Part shown: one piece after another, positions 41,830 through 44,269 of the stretch
How positions within the stretch are numbered: the stretch's first letter is position 1
How the letters are laid out: every line of letters begins with the position of its first letter
Virus record (IMG/VR): IMGVR_UViG_3300029305_001256
Length of the DNA stretch: 44,269 bases
From: a virus
Strand: one strand, 5' to 3'
Program-made: the position numbers and the translations under genes
The notes under the pieces: model-generated
Told to the model about the DNA's origin: nothing
What the model saw: only the letters and a program-made list of their open reading frames with translations
The model's database searches: none

Positions 41830-41860
41830 GCATCGTGCTATTGCGGCACGGTGCTTTTTT
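41830..41860 (+). terminator. Intrinsic terminator after the MuF/small-ORF pair
   Basis: GCATCGTGC-TATTGCG-GCACGGTGC (9-bp stem with one G-U) followed by TTTTTT. Confidence 0.65.
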
Positions 41861-41974
41861 CATACAAAAATACCGCCGGCCCAGCGGATAACAAAACGGG
41901 TGTTGCAATACCGGGACTTGCCGGACAAACAAGGACAGCAACCAAAACCAAAGACCATAAGGAGGTAAACAAAA

Positions 41975-42589
41975 ATGTTGGATTGGTTAAAACCCATTTT
42001 GGGGGATGCCTACACGGAGGAGATCGACAGCAAGATTGCTGCCGAGATCGGCAAGGGCTTTGTTGCCCGTGCAGATTTCAACGAGGTAAGCACCGCCAAA
42101 AAGAAACTGGAGCAGGATGTGGCCACCCGTGATCAGCAGCTGGAGGACCTTAAAAAGTCAACCGGTGATATTGATGCCCTCAAGCAGCAGATTACCACGC
42201 TCCAAACACAAAACGCAGATGCTAAGACCGCTTACGAGGCAGAGATTGCCAAGGTTAAGCTCGATGCCGCCGTTGAGGCAGCCCTTACCGCTGCCGGTGC
42301 TAAAAACAACACCGCTGTTAAGGCTCTGCTTGCAGATTTCCTCAAGGATGCCAAAATTGCCGAGGATGGTACCGTCAAGGGCTTGGATGGCGAACTTGCC
42401 ACAATGGCAAAAGCTGAGGCTACTGCTTTCTTATTCAATACCGGTAACGGCGGGGCTCAGTTTAGAGGTATGGCTCCTGGAAACCCCGGCGGCAAGACAC
42501 CGCCCCCGGAGGGCAAAAAGCCATCCGAAATGAGTTATGATGAGCTTTGTGCCTATATGGAGGCTAACCCCGGCGTAAAACTCGATTAA
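41975..42589 (+). CDS. Head scaffolding protein
   Basis: A 204-aa ORF with an AAGGAGG RBS and long coiled-coil character. It lies immediately upstream of the capsid gene. Confidence 0.75.
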   Translation: MLDWLKPILGDAYTEEIDSKIAAEIGKGFVARADFNEVSTAKKKLEQDVATRDQQLEDLKKSTGDIDALKQQITTLQTQNADAKTAYEAEIAKVKLDAAVEAALTAAGAKNNTAVKALLADFLKDAKIAEDGTVKGLDGELATMAKAEATAFLFNTGNGGAQFRGMAPGNPGGKTPPPEGKKPSEMSYDELCAYMEANPGVKLD

Positions 42590-42631
42590 CCCCAAAACAT
42601 TATAAAAATCTAAAAAGGAAAGGTGAACATA

Positions 42632-43810
42632 ATGCCTAACACTAAGTTTGATGCCAAAAGCTTTAATGCTGAGGCGTTTAAGTACAAGGTTGGTACCGTT
42701 CCCAACTTGAAAATGAACGAGCTGAAAAAGTCCTCTGCTCTCGTTGGCAACCCGGACATCAAGGATGTTTTCTCCAGCCAGAACGGCACGGGCTATGCCC
42801 GCATTGCTATGCGTGGCTTGGCAGATGGCGATGCTGTCAACTATGACGGCCAGACCGACATCACCGCTACCAGCACCAAGACCTTTGAGCAGGGTGTTGT
42901 TGTGGTAGGCCGTGCTAAGGGCTGGGTTGAGCGTGATTTTTCCTATGACATCACCGGCAAGGTTGATTTTATGGATAACATCGCAAAGCAGATCGCTGAG
43001 TATAAGGATGGCCTCGACCAGGGCACTATCCTTGCGATCCTCAAGGGTATTTTTGCAATGACCGGCGGCAAAAACGCTGAGTTTGTTGCAAAGCACACCA
43101 CTACTGTTGACGGTGATATGACCGCAACAACCCTCAACTCCGCTACCAACAAGGCCTGCGGTGCTAACAAAAAGGCTTTTGCCCTCGTGTTTATGCACAG
43201 CGATGTAAGCACCGGCCTGGAAAACCTCAACCTCATTGAGCGCCTCAAGTACACCGATGCACAGGGCATCACCAGATCCCTTGACCTCGGTACCTGGAAT
43301 GGCAAGCTCGTGGTTGTGGATGATGATATGCCCGCTGAGGAGGGTTATTTCCCTGCAACTGCAAGCGATCCCGGCGCCCTCAAGGTTGTTGCAAGCTCTG
43401 CAACTCCTACGGATGGTGAGATCAAGGCAAGTGCCGTAACTCCTTACTTTGGCAACGGTGCGGTTGCTGCTGATACCTATGTGGTACCCGGCACCCGTTA
43501 CACCACTTACGCTCTTGGTAAGGGCTCCATTTCTTATGAGGACATCGGCGTTAAGGTGCCTTATGAAATGGACCGTGATCCCAAGGTAAACGGCGGTGAG
43601 GACACCCTCTACATCCGTCAGCGTAAGTGCTTTGCACCTTTTGGCATTTCCTATGAAAAGGCCAGCCAGGCATCCCTCTCTCCTACGGATGCAGAGCTTG
43701 CCAACGGTGCAAACTGGAGCGTGGTACACACCGGCGAAAATGCGGAAAAGGATCGTACCTACATCAACCACAAGGCTATTGCCATCGTGAGAATTTTCTC
43801 CAGAGGCTAA
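42632..43810 (+). CDS. Major capsid protein
   Basis: A 392-aa product from ATG 42632, downstream of the scaffold gene. The ORF-track start at GTG 42623 is less likely. Confidence 0.8.
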   Translation: MPNTKFDAKSFNAEAFKYKVGTVPNLKMNELKKSSALVGNPDIKDVFSSQNGTGYARIAMRGLADGDAVNYDGQTDITATSTKTFEQGVVVVGRAKGWVERDFSYDITGKVDFMDNIAKQIAEYKDGLDQGTILAILKGIFAMTGGKNAEFVAKHTTTVDGDMTATTLNSATNKACGANKKAFALVFMHSDVSTGLENLNLIERLKYTDAQGITRSLDLGTWNGKLVVVDDDMPAEEGYFPATASDPGALKVVASSATPTDGEIKASAVTPYFGNGAVAADTYVVPGTRYTTYALGKGSISYEDIGVKVPYEMDRDPKVNGGEDTLYIRQRKCFAPFGISYEKASQASLSPTDAELANGANWSVVHTGENAEKDRTYINHKAIAIVRIFSRG

Positions 43811-43829
43811 GTAATAGGAGGTGCAGCAA

Positions 43830-44231
43830 ATGGCTCTGTATGAGGATGTTGTGGCAAGGCTTGCAAGCCTTGGCTTTACAGTAACCGCAACCGACACACC
43901 GGATGCTGCCGTTACTTATTCCATTAACCGTGCTGAGGCTTTTATCAAGTCGCAGATCAACCGCACGGAAATACCGGAGGGGCTGTATTACACCCACATT
44001 GATATGGCGGTGGGCTTATTCCTTAAAGACAAAAAGGACACCAACCAGCTTGGTGCAAATTTTGACTTTACGGCGCCTGCTAAGAGTATCAGCGAGGGTG
44101 ATGTTTCCGTAACCTTTGCGGGAGCAGCGGATGGCAGCCTTACCCCGGAGGCAAGGTTTGATAAAATGGTGGATGCCTTTATCAACCCGCCACAAAGCGT
44201 ATTTGCCGCTTTTAGGAGGCTTAAATGGTAA
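43830..44231 (+). CDS. Head-tail connector (gp6-like DNA-packaging/adaptor protein)
   Basis: AGGAGG lies 8 nt before ATG 43830. The product is 133 aa. Its 3' end is duplicated at 1..89 by the assembly overlap. Confidence 0.65.
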   Translation: MALYEDVVARLASLGFTVTATDTPDAAVTYSINRAEAFIKSQINRTEIPEGLYYTHIDMAVGLFLKDKKDTNQLGANFDFTAPAKSISEGDVSVTFAGAADGSLTPEARFDKMVDAFINPPQSVFAAFRRLKW

Positions 44232-44269
44232 GGGGTGTAAACCTTGCCGCCGCTGTAAAAAGCCTCTGG
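44143..44269. repeat. Terminal overlap, identical to 1..127
   Basis: See the feature at 1..127. Confidence 0.9.

Noticed and set aside
41821-42132. A 103-aa ORF overlapping the terminator and the start of the scaffold gene.
   Set aside because: It starts inside the terminator hairpin with TTG and has no RBS. It is out of frame with the well-supported scaffold gene, which has AAGGAGG before ATG 41975.
1-44269. CRISPR arrays, tRNA/tmRNA genes, transposase or IS elements.
   Set aside because: There is no spacer-repeat periodicity and no cloverleaf-compatible segment in the few non-coding regions (18187..18478, 21114..21339, 33989..34285, 36434..36601, 41798..41974). No transposase-like ORF is present. 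A tRNAscan-type run would be needed to exclude tRNAs formally.

Overview
The window is a complete, circularly assembled genome of 44,142 unique bp. Bases 1..127 repeat exactly at 44143..44269. It is a temperate contractile-tailed phage with a PBSX-like (Xkd-type) tail module and strong AGGAGG-type ribosome-binding sites, which suggests a Firmicutes/Clostridia host (inference).

Gene order:
- Neck genes.
- Sheath, tube, tail chaperone with a -1 frameshift site, tape measure, LysM protein, baseplate and tail fibres.
- A diversity-generating retroelement (DGR): a target gene whose C-terminus carries the variable repeat (VR), then the template repeat (TR), then the reverse transcriptase (RT).
- Lysis cassette (endolysin, holin).
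- An attP-like non-coding region.
- A leftward lysogeny operon: CI-like repressor, a 163-aa unknown protein, large serine integrase.
- A genetic switch with two face-to-face promoters.
- Early and replication genes: PD-(D/E)XK nuclease, SSB-like protein, family-A DNA polymerase.
- Three different DNA methyltransferases (MTases).
- Primase-helicase, an ori-like iteron region, VRR-NUC, SNF2 helicase and a late regulator.
- terS, terL, portal, a MuF protein with a toxin-like tail, scaffold, capsid and connector.

Most notable observations:
1. The DGR has no Avd accessory gene, and two GC hairpins lie just downstream of the VR.
2. G/C homopolymer tracts of 7-10 nt are strongly over-represented (11 tracts). 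Eight of them lie in the 3.7-kb methyltransferase block, and three sit exactly at reading-frame breaks. This could be phase variation or homopolymer miscalls, and only reads can decide.
3. The C5-cytosine methyltransferase has its motifs in a circularly permuted order (III-X, then I-II) and is spread over several reading frames.

All functional calls rest on motif recognition by eye and on gene order. No database search was possible.
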